Below are positions 1 through 10,552 of a DNA stretch of 64,000 nucleotides, one piece after another. Each line of letters starts with the position of its first letter. Position 1 is the stretch's first letter. Made by a program: the position numbers and the translations under genes. Below the pieces are notes generated by a model, which saw only the letters and a program-made list of their open reading frames with translations, had not been told where the DNA came from and did no database searches. Source of the stretch: Cyanobacteria bacterium J06626_4. GTDB taxonomy: Bacteria; Cyanobacteriota; Cyanobacteriia; Phormidesmidales; Phormidesmidaceae. The DNA lies in the NCBI GenBank assembly GCA_038523235.1, contig JBCBJQ010000003.1:94188-158187 (forward strand), in the 5' to 3' direction.

Positions 1-362
1 GGGCTGAGTTCCTCCCGAAGCCGGTGCACGCGGATGAACTAATGCCCTTACTCCAACAGTATTTAGAACTAGCGTGGCAATATCAGCCCGGCACAGAGGT
101 GCCTGGGGCAACTGCCGCTGCCTCGGTCACTGATGGCTCTACTGCTGATCATCCGGCAGATATGCGGGTACCGCCCCCAGAGACGTTGCAGCAGTTTCTC
201 ACCATGGCCCAGCAGGGGCGGTTTAAAGCCTTACAAACAGAGCTCCAAACCCTGGCGCAAGAGCATCGGGACTATGGCCCCTTTGCCCATCATCTGGACA
301 CTTGGGTGCAGCAATTCCAGGCCGAAAAAATTGAACAGTTCATTCTTCAACACCTAGCCTGA
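1..362 (+). CDS. C-terminal end of a hybrid sensor histidine kinase/response regulator (partial, begins before the window)
   Basis: The frame ends ...PPPETLQQFLTMAQQGRFKAL...QQFQAEKIEQFI, a tail typical of cyanobacterial hybrid kinases. It lies 13 bp upstream of a REC-HisKA gene. Confidence 0.65.
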   Translation, partial: AEFLPKPVHADELMPLLQQYLELAWQYQPGTEVPGATAAASVTDGSTADHPADMRVPPPETLQQFLTMAQQGRFKALQTELQTLAQEHRDYGPFAHHLDTWVQQFQAEKIEQFILQHLA

Positions 363-375
363 GGGATATCAATCC

Positions 376-1680
376 ATGGTAAAACCCACCGTAACGGGCT
401 TAATTCTGGTCGTTGATGACACGCCCGCGAATTTATCTGTCATGTCTGAAGCGTTGACCGATGCGGGGTATGACGTGGCGGCGGCACTTAGTGGAGATCG
501 CGCCCTCAAACAAATCCAACATCAGCTGCCTGATTTGATTCTGCTCGACATTCAAATGCCAGGGATTGACGGCTTTGAAACCTGCTGCCAGCTCAAGGCA
601 AATCCTGAAACCGCTGACATTCCGGTCATTTTTATGACGGCGCTATCCGACGCCGTCAACAAAGTAAAAGCCTTTGACCTCGGGGCGGTGGACTATGTCA
701 CCAAACCGTTTCAGGAAGCCGAGGTACTGGCTCGGGTGAGTACGCACCTGAAGCTGCGACAGTTGACCCAATCTTTGGAACAACAGGTGGCGGCTCGCAC
801 CGAAGAACTGACCAACACCCTGGAAACCTTGCAACAATCCCAGCTACAGCTGATCCAGCAGGAAAAATTTTCGGCACTGGGCGGCTTAGTCGCTGGGGTG
901 GCCCACGAAATCAACAATCCCCTAGGGTTCATTTCCGGTAATTTGAACCCAGCCCAAAATTATGTTCAAGATATTTTGGCGCTGTTAGCCCTTTATCAGC
1001 AGCAATTTCCCGATCCTGGGGAAGACATTTGCGATCGCATGGAGACTATCGATCTAGAGTACATTTGCACCGATCTGCCCAAAATTCTGGTGTCGATGCG
1101 TGAGGGGACTAATCGGATTCGCCAGATCAGCCGCAGCCTCCGCAATTTTTCCCACGCGGATAGCGATCGCAAGATGCCCTACGATCTGCGCGACGGCATG
1201 GAGAGCACCTTGATGCTCTTGAAACATCGTCTCAAAGCCACTGAAGACCGCCCAGAAATTGAGGTGGTGAAAGCCTACGACTGCGATCGTGAGGTGGAGT
1301 GTTTTCCCAGTCAGATCAACCAGGTTTTTATGAACCTGCTGGCTAATGCTATTGATGCGTTGGAAGAGGATAATCAAGGCCGTAGCTTGGAGGAGATTAA
1401 AGCTCAGCCCAACCAGATTTTTGTGAGTACTGAACTCAGTCCCAACCAGCAGGCTGTGGTAATTCGCATTGGCGACAATGGCATTGGGATGCCAGCAGAA
1501 ATTCAATCCCAGATTTTCGACCACTTCACAACGAAGCCGGTGAACAAAGGGACGGGTCTAGGACTTTCTATTAGCCATCAAATTGTGGTGAAAAATCACC
1601 AGGGCACAATCGAGGTTCACTCCACTCCCCGCCAGGGCACCAAGTTTGAAATTCGCTTACCGCTGGTGGTCGAAAGCTGA
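376..1680 (+). CDS. Hybrid response regulator/histidine kinase (REC + HisKA + HATPase_c)
   Basis: REC motifs ILVVDD, DLILLD and DYVTKPF; H-box VAHEINNPL; N-box QVFMNLLANAIDA; G boxes DNGIG and GTGLGL. Confidence 0.93.
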   Translation: MVKPTVTGLILVVDDTPANLSVMSEALTDAGYDVAAALSGDRALKQIQHQLPDLILLDIQMPGIDGFETCCQLKANPETADIPVIFMTALSDAVNKVKAFDLGAVDYVTKPFQEAEVLARVSTHLKLRQLTQSLEQQVAARTEELTNTLETLQQSQLQLIQQEKFSALGGLVAGVAHEINNPLGFISGNLNPAQNYVQDILALLALYQQQFPDPGEDICDRMETIDLEYICTDLPKILVSMREGTNRIRQISRSLRNFSHADSDRKMPYDLRDGMESTLMLLKHRLKATEDRPEIEVVKAYDCDREVECFPSQINQVFMNLLANAIDALEEDNQGRSLEEIKAQPNQIFVSTELSPNQQAVVIRIGDNGIGMPAEIQSQIFDHFTTKPVNKGTGLGLSISHQIVVKNHQGTIEVHSTPRQGTKFEIRLPLVVES

Positions 1681-1816
1681 CGATTCATGGAACAGAGCGA
1701 CAAACCATGGCGTCTTGTCCTAATTCTCAGCTATGGAATTCTCGATCGCAGACATCTGCGGCACCTGGTCAAAAACAGCATGGTTAAGGGAGCCAATTAG
1801 CCGCCGCAGACAAGGC

Positions 1817-3601
1817 TTACTTTGATGGGATCGCTGCGGCTAGAGAGACTGCCGCAGGGGGTGATTCAGCGATGTTGTCTGACCACCGGCTAGCGATCGG
1901 CATGCGCCATTCAGTGCCAAAGGCGCGATCGGTCACTTTGAGCACCGGAGGGGCTTGACGACGTTTGAATTCGGCCCGCGACATCAGCCGAATGACTTTG
2001 TGCACCACGGCGCGATCGTGCCCGGCAGCGACAATCTCCTCCAATGCTTCGTGACGCTGCACCAGCCGGGCCAAAATATCATCGAGCACCTCGTAGCTAG
2101 GGAGCGAATCCTGATCGACTTGGCCGGGCTTGAGTTCGGCACTGGGAGCTTTGGTGATGATATTGCTGGGGATGATCGGGTCAGGCTTTTTCTGAGGCTG
2201 CCTTAGCAATCCCTTAGAAAAAGCCTTGTCAGGATGTTGATTCAACCAGTGACAAATTTCGTAAACGCGGGTTTTGGGCACATCGGCAATCACGGCTAGG
2301 CCACCATTCATGTCGCCATAGAGGGTGCAGTAGCCTACTGCCATCTCTGACTTATTGCCGGTAGAAAGTAACAGGTGCCCAAACTTGTTGGCGATCGCCA
2401 TCAGCAGACTGCCCCGAATTCGCGATTGAATGTTTTCTTCGGCGACGCCAAACTCGGTGTCAGCAAACAGGGCTGCCAAGGTCTCGTCATAGCCGGACAT
2501 CAGAGTGCCGATCGCCAGCCGTTCGCTCCGCATCCCCAGGTTCTGCACCAAGATCTCGGCATCGCTGATGGAATGGTCGGAACTATAGGGTGAGGGCATC
2601 AGCACGCCCAACACATTTTGGGGACCCAGTGCCGCAGCAGAGATCGCCGCTACCAACGCTGAATCAACACCGCCACTCAGCCCAATCACCGCTTGGCGAA
2701 AGCCACACTTGCGGGCATAGTCTTTGACTCCCAGTACCAGCGCTGACCAAATGTCTTCATTAACGTCAGCGATCGCGGGGCGCACGTCGCCCTCGTGCAG
2801 GTCGCGAGTCGGCAAGTCGTAATGCACTGATAACAGATCGGCCTCAAAGACGCTGGCCCGTCCCACCAGTTTGCCCTGGCGACTCACTGCCACACTGCTG
2901 CCATCAAAAATTAAATCATCGTTAGCGCCAATCTGATTGGCGTAGAGAATCGGCATGTCAAACCGCTGGGCGCTATGGGTCAGCATCGCTTCTCGCACCG
3001 GCTGCTTTTGGGCATGAAACGGTGAGGCCGATAAGTTCACCACCAAATCGACGCCGGTTTCTTTGAGGCGGGCAATCGGGTTGTTGGGATATTTCCGCTG
3101 GCCCCAAAACTGTTCGTCATTCCACAGGTCTTCGCAGATAGTGACGCCAATGTGAACGGTGCCGCCGTCGCTCTCTAGATGAAAGTGATTGACCGCCTGC
3201 CCCGGCTCAAAATAGCGGTCTTCGTCGAACACGTCGTAGGTGGGCAGCAGTTGTTTATGAAAGACCCGCTTGATCTCCCCCGCTTCTAGCCAGGCAATGC
3301 TGTTGAAAAGGGGCTTTTCGCCGCGATCGCTGGCCCCTTGATTTGGCTCGGCAAACCCCACCAGCACCGCTACATGGGGCGGCACCTGAGCGGCTAGCGC
3401 TTCAAGCGTCTGTCGCATGGTGGTGATAAAGCGCGGTCGCAGCAGCAGGTCACGGGGCGGATACCCACACAGTGACAATTCTGGCGTCAGCACCAACCGA
3501 GCGCCCTCAGCTGCTGCTGTTTGTACGGCCTGCAGAATTTGATCCGCATTATGAGCGAGGTCACCAATGGTCGGATTGAGCTGGGCGATCGTAATTTTCA
3601 T
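1817..3601 (-). CDS. nadE: Glutamine-dependent NAD+ synthetase
   Basis: N-terminal nitrilase domain (PELSLCGYPP, K of KQLLP, ICED) plus synthetase motifs GLSGGVDS, ENIQSRIRG, TGNKSE and APSAEL. Confidence 0.96.
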   Translation of the reverse strand: MKITIAQLNPTIGDLAHNADQILQAVQTAAAEGARLVLTPELSLCGYPPRDLLLRPRFITTMRQTLEALAAQVPPHVAVLVGFAEPNQGASDRGEKPLFNSIAWLEAGEIKRVFHKQLLPTYDVFDEDRYFEPGQAVNHFHLESDGGTVHIGVTICEDLWNDEQFWGQRKYPNNPIARLKETGVDLVVNLSASPFHAQKQPVREAMLTHSAQRFDMPILYANQIGANDDLIFDGSSVAVSRQGKLVGRASVFEADLLSVHYDLPTRDLHEGDVRPAIADVNEDIWSALVLGVKDYARKCGFRQAVIGLSGGVDSALVAAISAAALGPQNVLGVLMPSPYSSDHSISDAEILVQNLGMRSERLAIGTLMSGYDETLAALFADTEFGVAEENIQSRIRGSLLMAIANKFGHLLLSTGNKSEMAVGYCTLYGDMNGGLAVIADVPKTRVYEICHWLNQHPDKAFSKGLLRQPQKKPDPIIPSNIITKAPSAELKPGQVDQDSLPSYEVLDDILARLVQRHEALEEIVAAGHDRAVVHKVIRLMSRAEFKRRQAPPVLKVTDRAFGTEWRMPIASRWSDNIAESPPAAVSLAAAIPSK

Positions 3602-3753
3602 AGAGTGACAAATATTAATTCAAGGGGTTGGCGGGGCAAGACATAGGGAGAATCAGGTGACGGGGCTGACCGATAGATGGCTCCCCCAATGCCTTGCCCA
3701 TACGGATAATCGGGGCTTGCGCGGGTTGCTTGTGATGGGGACAAACATCGTTA

Positions 3754-4500
3754 TCAGATAAACACCATCGGCTTGTCCTTTAAAATTTCAAAGGCCTCAG
3801 CATCGAAGCGATAAAGGCTAGCGGGACGCCCGGCCCCGCGCGAGGTTTTGGTGCCGGTATCCTGCAAAAAGCCCAGCTTCAGCAGCCGTGCCCGAAAGTT
3901 GGAATAGTCAGAAAATGCTTCGCCGAGGACGGTCATATAAAGCTGGTAGAGATCGCCTAAAGTGAAGCGATCGGGCAAGACATCAAAGGCGATCGGGCTA
4001 TATTCCAGCTTGTTTTTCAGACGCTGATAGCCATAGGCCAAAATCTCATTATGGTCAAACGCCAGGGTCGGCACCTGCGTCAGGGGATACCAGGCAATGC
4101 CGCTGACGCCATCGGCGATCAATTCCGCTTCGGCAAAGCGGACGAGGGCAAAATAGCTGACCGATAGATATCGCACGCCAAACACCTCAGCAGATTCGCG
4201 GGGATCGCGATCGGGGCCGCCAAAGGTATACAGCTGTTCTAAATAGAGGTTGTTGACGCGAATTTTTTCTGACAGCACCCGATAGGCGGCATCTTCGAGC
4301 GATTCGCCCTGACGCACCAGAGTACCGGGCAGGCTCCAGGTTCCCACGTAAGGCTCTTCAGACCGCATGACCAGCAGCACCAGCAGGCGATTTTGCTCTG
4401 CATCCACGGAAAAGATGACGTTGTCAACGCCCACCTTAAAGTCGGCCAGAGCGTCCGCTTCTAAGAGATCGGTTGTTTTTCTTTGGAGCTTTCCGTGCAT
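3754..4500 (-). CDS. nrtR: NrtR family Nudix-related transcriptional regulator of NAD metabolism
   Basis: Nudix-like domain (LPGTLVRQGESLEDAAYRVL, LEQLYTFG..RDPR) plus a C-terminal wHTH (FTLGDLYQLY...NFR...GAGRPASLYRF), embedded in the NAD operon. Confidence 0.9.
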   Translation of the reverse strand: MHGKLQRKTTDLLEADALADFKVGVDNVIFSVDAEQNRLLVLLVMRSEEPYVGTWSLPGTLVRQGESLEDAAYRVLSEKIRVNNLYLEQLYTFGGPDRDPRESAEVFGVRYLSVSYFALVRFAEAELIADGVSGIAWYPLTQVPTLAFDHNEILAYGYQRLKNKLEYSPIAFDVLPDRFTLGDLYQLYMTVLGEAFSDYSNFRARLLKLGFLQDTGTKTSRGAGRPASLYRFDAEAFEILKDKPMVFI

Positions 4501-5084
4501 GGATATAGGTGGTGTTGATCAATATAGGTTTTGACCGCCGCTGGCAGCGCATCCGGATCATCCGTCCGGCGATAGTGAGAAGAGGAAATGTCGAAGGTTT
4601 CGGGAATGTCCGCGATCGCGGCCTGTCCGCCGTGGCGACGAATGGCTTGCAAGTCGTCGTCTGACAGGTCATAGCGAGGACGCGGAATGATTAAAATCTG
4701 CACGAGTTGAAACAGCTCTGCCGCCTGATACCAACGGGGCAACTGGGGCACCAGATCAGACCCCACCACCAGCGTTAATGCCGCCGTGGGCCAATGGGCG
4801 CGAGCGCGCTGCGCACTGACCAAGCTGCGAGAATGGCTTAGCTCAGTGTGCAGGGCGAGGGTGCCCGCTGCCGCCGCAATCTCATGAATCATCAGTTGCA
4901 GCATGGCCGCGCGATCATCCAGGGTGCTTTGATGTGCCTTATAGGGATTGTCAGAAGCCCACACGGCCACGTGATCATAGTGGCGAGACAGCCACTGCAA
5001 GATCTCGTAGTGGCCCCAGTGGGGCGGGTCGGCACTGGTGCCAAACAGGGCGATGCGCATGGGCGTTGAAGCAGTCTCTGACAT
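4461..5084 (-). CDS. nadD: Nicotinate-nucleotide adenylyltransferase
   Basis: FGTSADPPHWGH (HxGH), VVGSDL and ISSS motifs; operon context. Confidence 0.92.
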   Translation of the reverse strand: MSETASTPMRIALFGTSADPPHWGHYEILQWLSRHYDHVAVWASDNPYKAHQSTLDDRAAMLQLMIHEIAAAAGTLALHTELSHSRSLVSAQRARAHWPTAALTLVVGSDLVPQLPRWYQAAELFQLVQILIIPRPRYDLSDDDLQAIRRHGGQAAIADIPETFDISSSHYRRTDDPDALPAAVKTYIDQHHLYPCTESSKEKQPIS

Positions 5085-5146
5085 ACAGGTAATGAGGTAA
5101 AGGTAGGGAGGGTAGTGACCGCGTTCAATCGATTTTCAGGAAAGCT

Positions 5147-6523
5147 TCAGGAATAGACTTGAGCCGGCAGTGCCGTTGTCCCCTGTCGGGTGGCCGCTGT
5201 TAACTCGGCCAGGGCAGCAGTCGTTTCGACCGGCAAGGGAGTGGCCCCCTGCACCGCTCGTACCGATGCCGGCAAAGACTGCACCGAGCGGTTTGTACGC
5301 TGAGCAATCTCCGGCAGCGACGTCAGAGGGGCCAGCAGCTTACCCGCCTGCATTACTGGCTGCAGTAAAGGCTGCGCACCGGCAGGAGGCGTTTCAGACG
5401 CCAGACCCAGGTACTCGCTGATGCCACCATTGCCCGCATCCTGCCGAAAAATTTGCTTGCGTCCCGGATAAGTGATTTTACTCTCCGACTCTTTCATCAC
5501 GGGTAGGCCATCAATTTCCACCAGCTTATACACGCCGTTAACCGGGGTGCCAGTCACTAAGCGGGTACCAAAACCATAGCCATCGATGCAGGCCCCAGCC
5601 TGGTTCAGTCGCTCAATTTCGTATTCATCCAGATCGCCACTGGCAAAAATAGGGACGTCGGGCAGGTGCGATTGCACCTGTTGGGAGAGTGTCACTAAAT
5701 CACCCGAATCTAACCGCACCCCGGCCAGTGCCTGCTCTCCCTGCGATCGCCGCGCTGCTAGGTGCCGTGCTGCCGCCAGGGTGTCGTAGGTGTCAATCAG
5801 CAGGGGCGCACCGGGAAAATAGCGATGAAACGCCTCAAAAGCTTCCGATTCACTGCCTTCCACCGCCGCGATCGCCATCACCAAGGCATGGGCCATCGTG
5901 CCCGTTGGCTTTTGCCCCAGCTTGAGTGCCGCCAACACGTTTGAGGTGGCTGTCAGCCCCCCGGCCAGCGCCGCCCGAGCCGCCCAGACCGCCCCCTGCG
6001 GACTAAAGGCCCGTCGGGTGCCAAATTCCAGCAGTTTTGCGGTGGGGCCTGCCACATCTCGCAGCCGCGCTGCCCGCGTTGCGATCAGCGTCTGATAGTT
6101 CAGCGTGTTGAGCAAATAGGTTTCGACCACCTGAGCCTGCCATAGCGGCGCTTCGATGCGCAGCAGCGGCTCATTCGCAAACACCGCTGTACCCTCCGGC
6201 ACTGCCCACACATCACCCGTAAAGCGAGCCGCCCGCAACGTCTCCCAAAAAGCGACAGGGGCCTGGTCAAAAATGCCCGTAGCCTGCAGTTCGGTCAGGT
6301 GGCGATCGCTAAAATGCAGTGCCTGTAGATATTCCACTGCCTGGGTCAAGCCCATCGCAATGAGATAGCCAAAATTCGGTGGTAGTCGCCGGGCAAACAG
6401 TTCGAAACTAGCGCGTCGTTGATCGAGGCCTTCGCCCACATAGCAAGCGCTCATAGTGAGCTGATACAGATCGGTCAGCAGGCTGTAGTCTTCGGGGGCA
6501 ACGAGCAAAGGCGAAAGCGTCAT
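5147..6523 (-). CDS. pncB: Nicotinate phosphoribosyltransferase
   Basis: LLTDLYQLTM, EFGTRRA, GTMAH, LIDTYD and VRLDSGD motifs. Confidence 0.95.
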   Translation of the reverse strand: MTLSPLLVAPEDYSLLTDLYQLTMSACYVGEGLDQRRASFELFARRLPPNFGYLIAMGLTQAVEYLQALHFSDRHLTELQATGIFDQAPVAFWETLRAARFTGDVWAVPEGTAVFANEPLLRIEAPLWQAQVVETYLLNTLNYQTLIATRAARLRDVAGPTAKLLEFGTRRAFSPQGAVWAARAALAGGLTATSNVLAALKLGQKPTGTMAHALVMAIAAVEGSESEAFEAFHRYFPGAPLLIDTYDTLAAARHLAARRSQGEQALAGVRLDSGDLVTLSQQVQSHLPDVPIFASGDLDEYEIERLNQAGACIDGYGFGTRLVTGTPVNGVYKLVEIDGLPVMKESESKITYPGRKQIFRQDAGNGGISEYLGLASETPPAGAQPLLQPVMQAGKLLAPLTSLPEIAQRTNRSVQSLPASVRAVQGATPLPVETTAALAELTAATRQGTTALPAQVYS

Positions 6524-6656
6524 AACCGGGTCTCAATGGGAAAAGATCGAACATTCGGACAGGTCGGAGCAGCAAGGCCAGAGGCACTAGCGGGGCAGAG
6601 CAAAGGGCGATGCCATCAGGTTTGAATGGGAGTGTCACCGCCAGTTCTTTGTCGAC

Positions 6657-6677
6657 TTATGGTCATTTTAACCATAA
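6657..6677. promoter_or_regulatory. NrtR operator (21-bp palindrome TTATGGT-CATTTTA-ACCATAA)
   Basis: Perfect 7-bp inverted repeat with a GT-N7-AC core, as known for NrtR boxes. It lies ~135 bp upstream of pncB, the first gene of the nrtR-containing operon. Confidence 0.85.
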
Positions 6678-6958
6678 ATATTTGAATTGTCTCGTTTCAT
6701 TGCTGGGCTTTCGTGATTTCTATCTGATGAGGGCAATCGGCCAGCAGGTTGTGAAAAAGACAAAATCAGACGGTAAATTAAGATACAGTCTGGTTTTGAC
6801 GGTGAGCAAGCTCATCATGATGTCAGGCAGCGATCGCGAAAATAGTGATCTCCTCACAAAAATCTGACGGCACCTTTATGGTAGAAATCATGTTTTTGAT
6901 CGACGCATCGCCCGCCCCAACAGGGCTATGCTGAAGATGAGAGCTACCCACCCCAATC

Positions 6959-7843
6959 ATGGAAACATCGCCCCTGACCCGACCCGAGCCCACGTGGAAA
7001 GCCATTCTGCGACTCATGCGTTGGGACAAACCCGCCGGGCGCTTGATTTTGATGGTGCCCGCACTGTGGTCTTTGTTTTTAGCGGCGCGGGGCACCCCAC
7101 CCTGGGGGCTGCTGGTCGTTATTATTGTCGGCAGCCTGATCACGAGTGCAGCGGGCTGCATCGTCAATGATCTGTGGGACCGCGACATTGATCCGCAGGT
7201 GCAGCGCACTCGCACCCGGCCATTAGCCTCGAAGGCGCTCTCAGTAAGGATTGCGATCGCGTTGGCGATCGTCGCGTTTCTCTGTGCCTATGGCCTCACC
7301 TTCTATCTCAATCGCCTCACCTTTTGGCTCTGTGTGGCCGCAGTGCCCGTGATTGTGCTCTATCCCTTAGCGAAGCGCGTGTTTCCGGTGCCGCAGCTAG
7401 TGCTGGCGATCGCCTGGGGGTTTGCCGTGCTGATTCCCTGGGCCGCAGTGACCGGAGGGTTAGAACTGGCGGCGTGGCTGCTGTGGGGGGGCGTCATTTT
7501 TTGGACGTTGGGGTTTGACACGGTTTATGCCATTCCTGATCGCGAGTTTGATGCTCGCCTCGGCGTCAATTCCAGCGCGCGATTTTTTGGCCGGCGCACA
7601 CCGCAGGCGGTGACGCTGTTTTTTGCCATAGCAGTTGTCCTGCTGGGCCTGACTGGCTGGGTCATGGCATTAAGCTGGCCCTACTGGGTGACACTAGTGT
7701 TGGCCATTGTCGTCTGGGGCCGCGAAGGCTATTTGCTCAGTCTGTACAATCCGCCGCCGTCGCTCTATGGGCGCATCTTTCGGCAAAATGTGCTGCTCGG
7801 CTTTGCCCTGCTGGGGGGCATGGTGCTGGGCTTATTGCTCTAA
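6959..7843 (+). CDS. ubiA: 4-hydroxybenzoate solanesyltransferase (UbiA family, plastoquinone synthesis)
   Basis: RWDKPAG, NDLWDRDID...RTRTRPL, YPLAKR and FDTVYA motifs; multiple TM helices. Confidence 0.93.
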   Translation: METSPLTRPEPTWKAILRLMRWDKPAGRLILMVPALWSLFLAARGTPPWGLLVVIIVGSLITSAAGCIVNDLWDRDIDPQVQRTRTRPLASKALSVRIAIALAIVAFLCAYGLTFYLNRLTFWLCVAAVPVIVLYPLAKRVFPVPQLVLAIAWGFAVLIPWAAVTGGLELAAWLLWGGVIFWTLGFDTVYAIPDREFDARLGVNSSARFFGRRTPQAVTLFFAIAVVLLGLTGWVMALSWPYWVTLVLAIVVWGREGYLLSLYNPPPSLYGRIFRQNVLLGFALLGGMVLGLLL

Positions 7844-7937
7844 GCCATCGGGTGCTGCAAGAGGGGTGGAGTTCAGCTATCAAGGGCGGGGAAATCAAGG
7901 GTCAGTGGAGCAGATTGCGGTGATTGGCAACATAGGG

Positions 7938-9377
7938 ATGAATTGGCGCAACCGAGGACTGGGTATTGGTGGGGGACTTCTCGGGGCGATCATCGCCGCC
8001 TGCCCTGCCGTCGCGCTATGCCCCGCCGATTTGCCAACGGCAATAGAAGCGATCGCCCAGCACCCGGAGTTAGCCCGTGCTCGTGTGGGCATCCAGATAG
8101 AAACGCTGGACGGCGAGGCCATTTATAGTCGGTCGGGCGATCGCTTTTTTGTGCCCGCTTCGACGCTGAAGCTGGTGACGACCGCTGCCTTGCTGACCGA
8201 ACTCGGCCCCGATTATCGCATTCGCACCTCCGTCTTGGGCACGGTTGATGGCGTCGGTCGCGCCACACTGCAGGTGGTTGGTTACGGTGACCCCAGTTTT
8301 GATCGGTCTGATCTCGCAGACTTGGCGAGTCAAGTCAGTGAACTAAACGTGCGTCAGGTCGATATTTTGTACGGGGACGATAGCGCCTTTGCGGGCGAAG
8401 CCGTCAACCCCAATTGGGAATGGGAAGATGTGCAGGCGGGCTACGGTGCGCCAGTCAACGCCTTGATTTTAGAGGAGAATGAAATCGGCCTAAGTCTGCA
8501 CCCGCAAACCGTCGGTCAGCCGCTGCAGGTAGTGTGGGATGTTCCCAGTCAAGGAGCGGGGTGGACGATTGAGAACACGACGCGCACAGTCGCACCGGGA
8601 GAGTCTGAGTTTGTCAGCGTCGGGCGTGATTTGAGCCAGCCGGTGCTGCGGGTCGCGGGTCAGCTCGTCGCCGGATCAACGCCCGAGCCGGTTTCTCTTG
8701 CCGAACCGAATCCGGGGCCAGCTTTTCTCAATGCGATGCAAACAGCGCTGGCGGGGCAGGGCATTGAAGTGCAGCAAGTTCGCCTAGGGCCTCTGCCCTC
8801 CACCCAGAATTGGGGGGTGCTGGCCGTCGTGCAGTCGCCATCGCTGGCAGAGCTGCTCATCCCTACCAATCAAAGCAGCAATAATCTCTATGCGGAAGCG
8901 CTGCTCAAAATGCTGGGTAGTCGTCGCAATCCGTCAGCCGAGGACGCGACGGCAGGGGGCATTGCGATCGCCCTGAACCGTTTGCAAACGCTGGGACTTG
9001 ATCCAGCTGACGTGGTGATGGTGGATGGTTCGGGGCTAGCGCGGAAGAACCTGATCACCCCGGCGGCACTCGTTGATGTGTTGCAAATCATGGCCAGATC
9101 GCCCCAAGCCGACGTCTTTCGCGAATCATTGGCGGTGGCGGGACAAAGCGGCACGCTGCGCCATCGCTGGCTCGACACGCCAGTTGAGGGACAGTTGAGC
9201 GGTAAGACTGGGGCCATCAGCCGCAATTTTGCCTTGGCGGGCTACCTACAGCCTGAGCGCTATGCGCCAGTTGCCTTCACCATTTTTCTCAACAATATTG
9301 ATGCCCCCGGTCGCGTCGCGCGATCGCTGATCGACGAAATGGTACTGGCGATCGCGGCTCTCGAACCCTGTGAATAA
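7938..9377 (+). CDS. dacB: D-alanyl-D-alanine carboxypeptidase/endopeptidase (PBP4, peptidase S13)
   Basis: PASTLK (SxxK), SNN (SxN), DGSGL and KTG motifs. The ATG at 7938 gives a signal peptide and avoids overlap with ubiA. Confidence 0.9.
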   Translation: MNWRNRGLGIGGGLLGAIIAACPAVALCPADLPTAIEAIAQHPELARARVGIQIETLDGEAIYSRSGDRFFVPASTLKLVTTAALLTELGPDYRIRTSVLGTVDGVGRATLQVVGYGDPSFDRSDLADLASQVSELNVRQVDILYGDDSAFAGEAVNPNWEWEDVQAGYGAPVNALILEENEIGLSLHPQTVGQPLQVVWDVPSQGAGWTIENTTRTVAPGESEFVSVGRDLSQPVLRVAGQLVAGSTPEPVSLAEPNPGPAFLNAMQTALAGQGIEVQQVRLGPLPSTQNWGVLAVVQSPSLAELLIPTNQSSNNLYAEALLKMLGSRRNPSAEDATAGGIAIALNRLQTLGLDPADVVMVDGSGLARKNLITPAALVDVLQIMARSPQADVFRESLAVAGQSGTLRHRWLDTPVEGQLSGKTGAISRNFALAGYLQPERYAPVAFTIFLNNIDAPGRVARSLIDEMVLAIAALEPCE

Positions 9378-9483
9378 GACTGCCTGGCGAACGTCATCCC
9401 TGCCCAGCTCTCTAACTTCACCCCCACAGATGGATCTGGGCAAATTAGAACCGTAGTTGTAGCGAAACTGAAAGCGGTCAACG

Positions 9484-10020
9484 ATGCTCAGGAAGTTTTG
9501 GACTAAAAAACGAATCGCGATGGCGCTATTTGTCATCGCCTTACTGCCGCTCGGCTTTGCGGGCCTAGTCGCCGTCATCGTTTATGACGCGGAAAACAGC
9601 TATCGGGATTATGACCGCGTTAAGGCTTGCCTGCAAAAACATCAATTCAAAGTTGGCGAAGGTTGGCAGCATCGGGATATGTATCTAGAAGATTTTGGTT
9701 GGCAGGTGCAGCTAGCCAACGAACAGTGGATTGAACTCAACATTTACGACGGCAGTCCGATTCGCACCTGTCGCTCGCGTCTACAAGGATTGCGGGTGAC
9801 AACCTCGGGGGCGTTCGCAGACGACGCCTATCTGCCCTTCGACCATCCATCATTAACCGAAGTGACGGGAGATAACCCTTTGGCAACGGTCGAGGATGTG
9901 CTGGTTGACCTTGAGGATTTGCTCAGTTGGGCGGCAGCCAATCCAGATGCCCTACTTTCTCGAGAGGCCGTTTCTCAACCAAGCCGTTATCTGAGAATTA
10001 AGACTGTGAATGTCAAATAG
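9484..10020 (+). CDS. Hypothetical protein with N-terminal membrane anchor
   Basis: 178-aa ORF with a basic N-terminus followed by a hydrophobic helix; no recognisable family. Confidence 0.65.
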   Translation: MLRKFWTKKRIAMALFVIALLPLGFAGLVAVIVYDAENSYRDYDRVKACLQKHQFKVGEGWQHRDMYLEDFGWQVQLANEQWIELNIYDGSPIRTCRSRLQGLRVTTSGAFADDAYLPFDHPSLTEVTGDNPLATVEDVLVDLEDLLSWAAANPDALLSREAVSQPSRYLRIKTVNVK

Positions 10021-10552
10021 CGGCACGATCTGATCTCAGTCGACCTCATAGCGCGACGATTTTGGCCTTGAATAGGCAAGATATCCCAGTTGACCTCAAT
10101 TTCCGATGTCATTTCAACAGTGCGGAACGAGATGACTGAGACGTAAAAACAGCTCGGGCGATGCCCCTTCTCAGTGAAAGTTAGGTAGGGAAATTTGATC
10201 GCAGAGGCAGCTGACGATGGTTCCAGTTTGCTTTCCAAAGGCTACCGCCATGAGGCCAAACCGCTCTCAAAGAGCCATGATGTCATCCATTCGCTAGCCG
10301 AAAACTGCAGGTTGCTTGTTCCCACAGGTCACGTAACAAGGCGCTTTTGACAGGCGTAAATCTACGGATTGAGGTGGGCAATCTGGGGAAAGATCTAGAC
10401 GGATTTTGCGTGGATTTTGTGACGTCATCCCCATTGGGAAAGCGCAGAATAGATTTAACTCTGAAGAATGCAAGCAGCGACAATTAAATCACTCTGTTGG
10501 GGGCAATTTGAGTGGTTTAACTAGCTGCGTTAAGCGCTCTTACGAGTAAAAT

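Noticed and set aside
7707..7937. Long N-terminal extension of dacB in the ORF track
   Set aside because: It overlaps ubiA; the ATG at 7938 gives a normal signal peptide.
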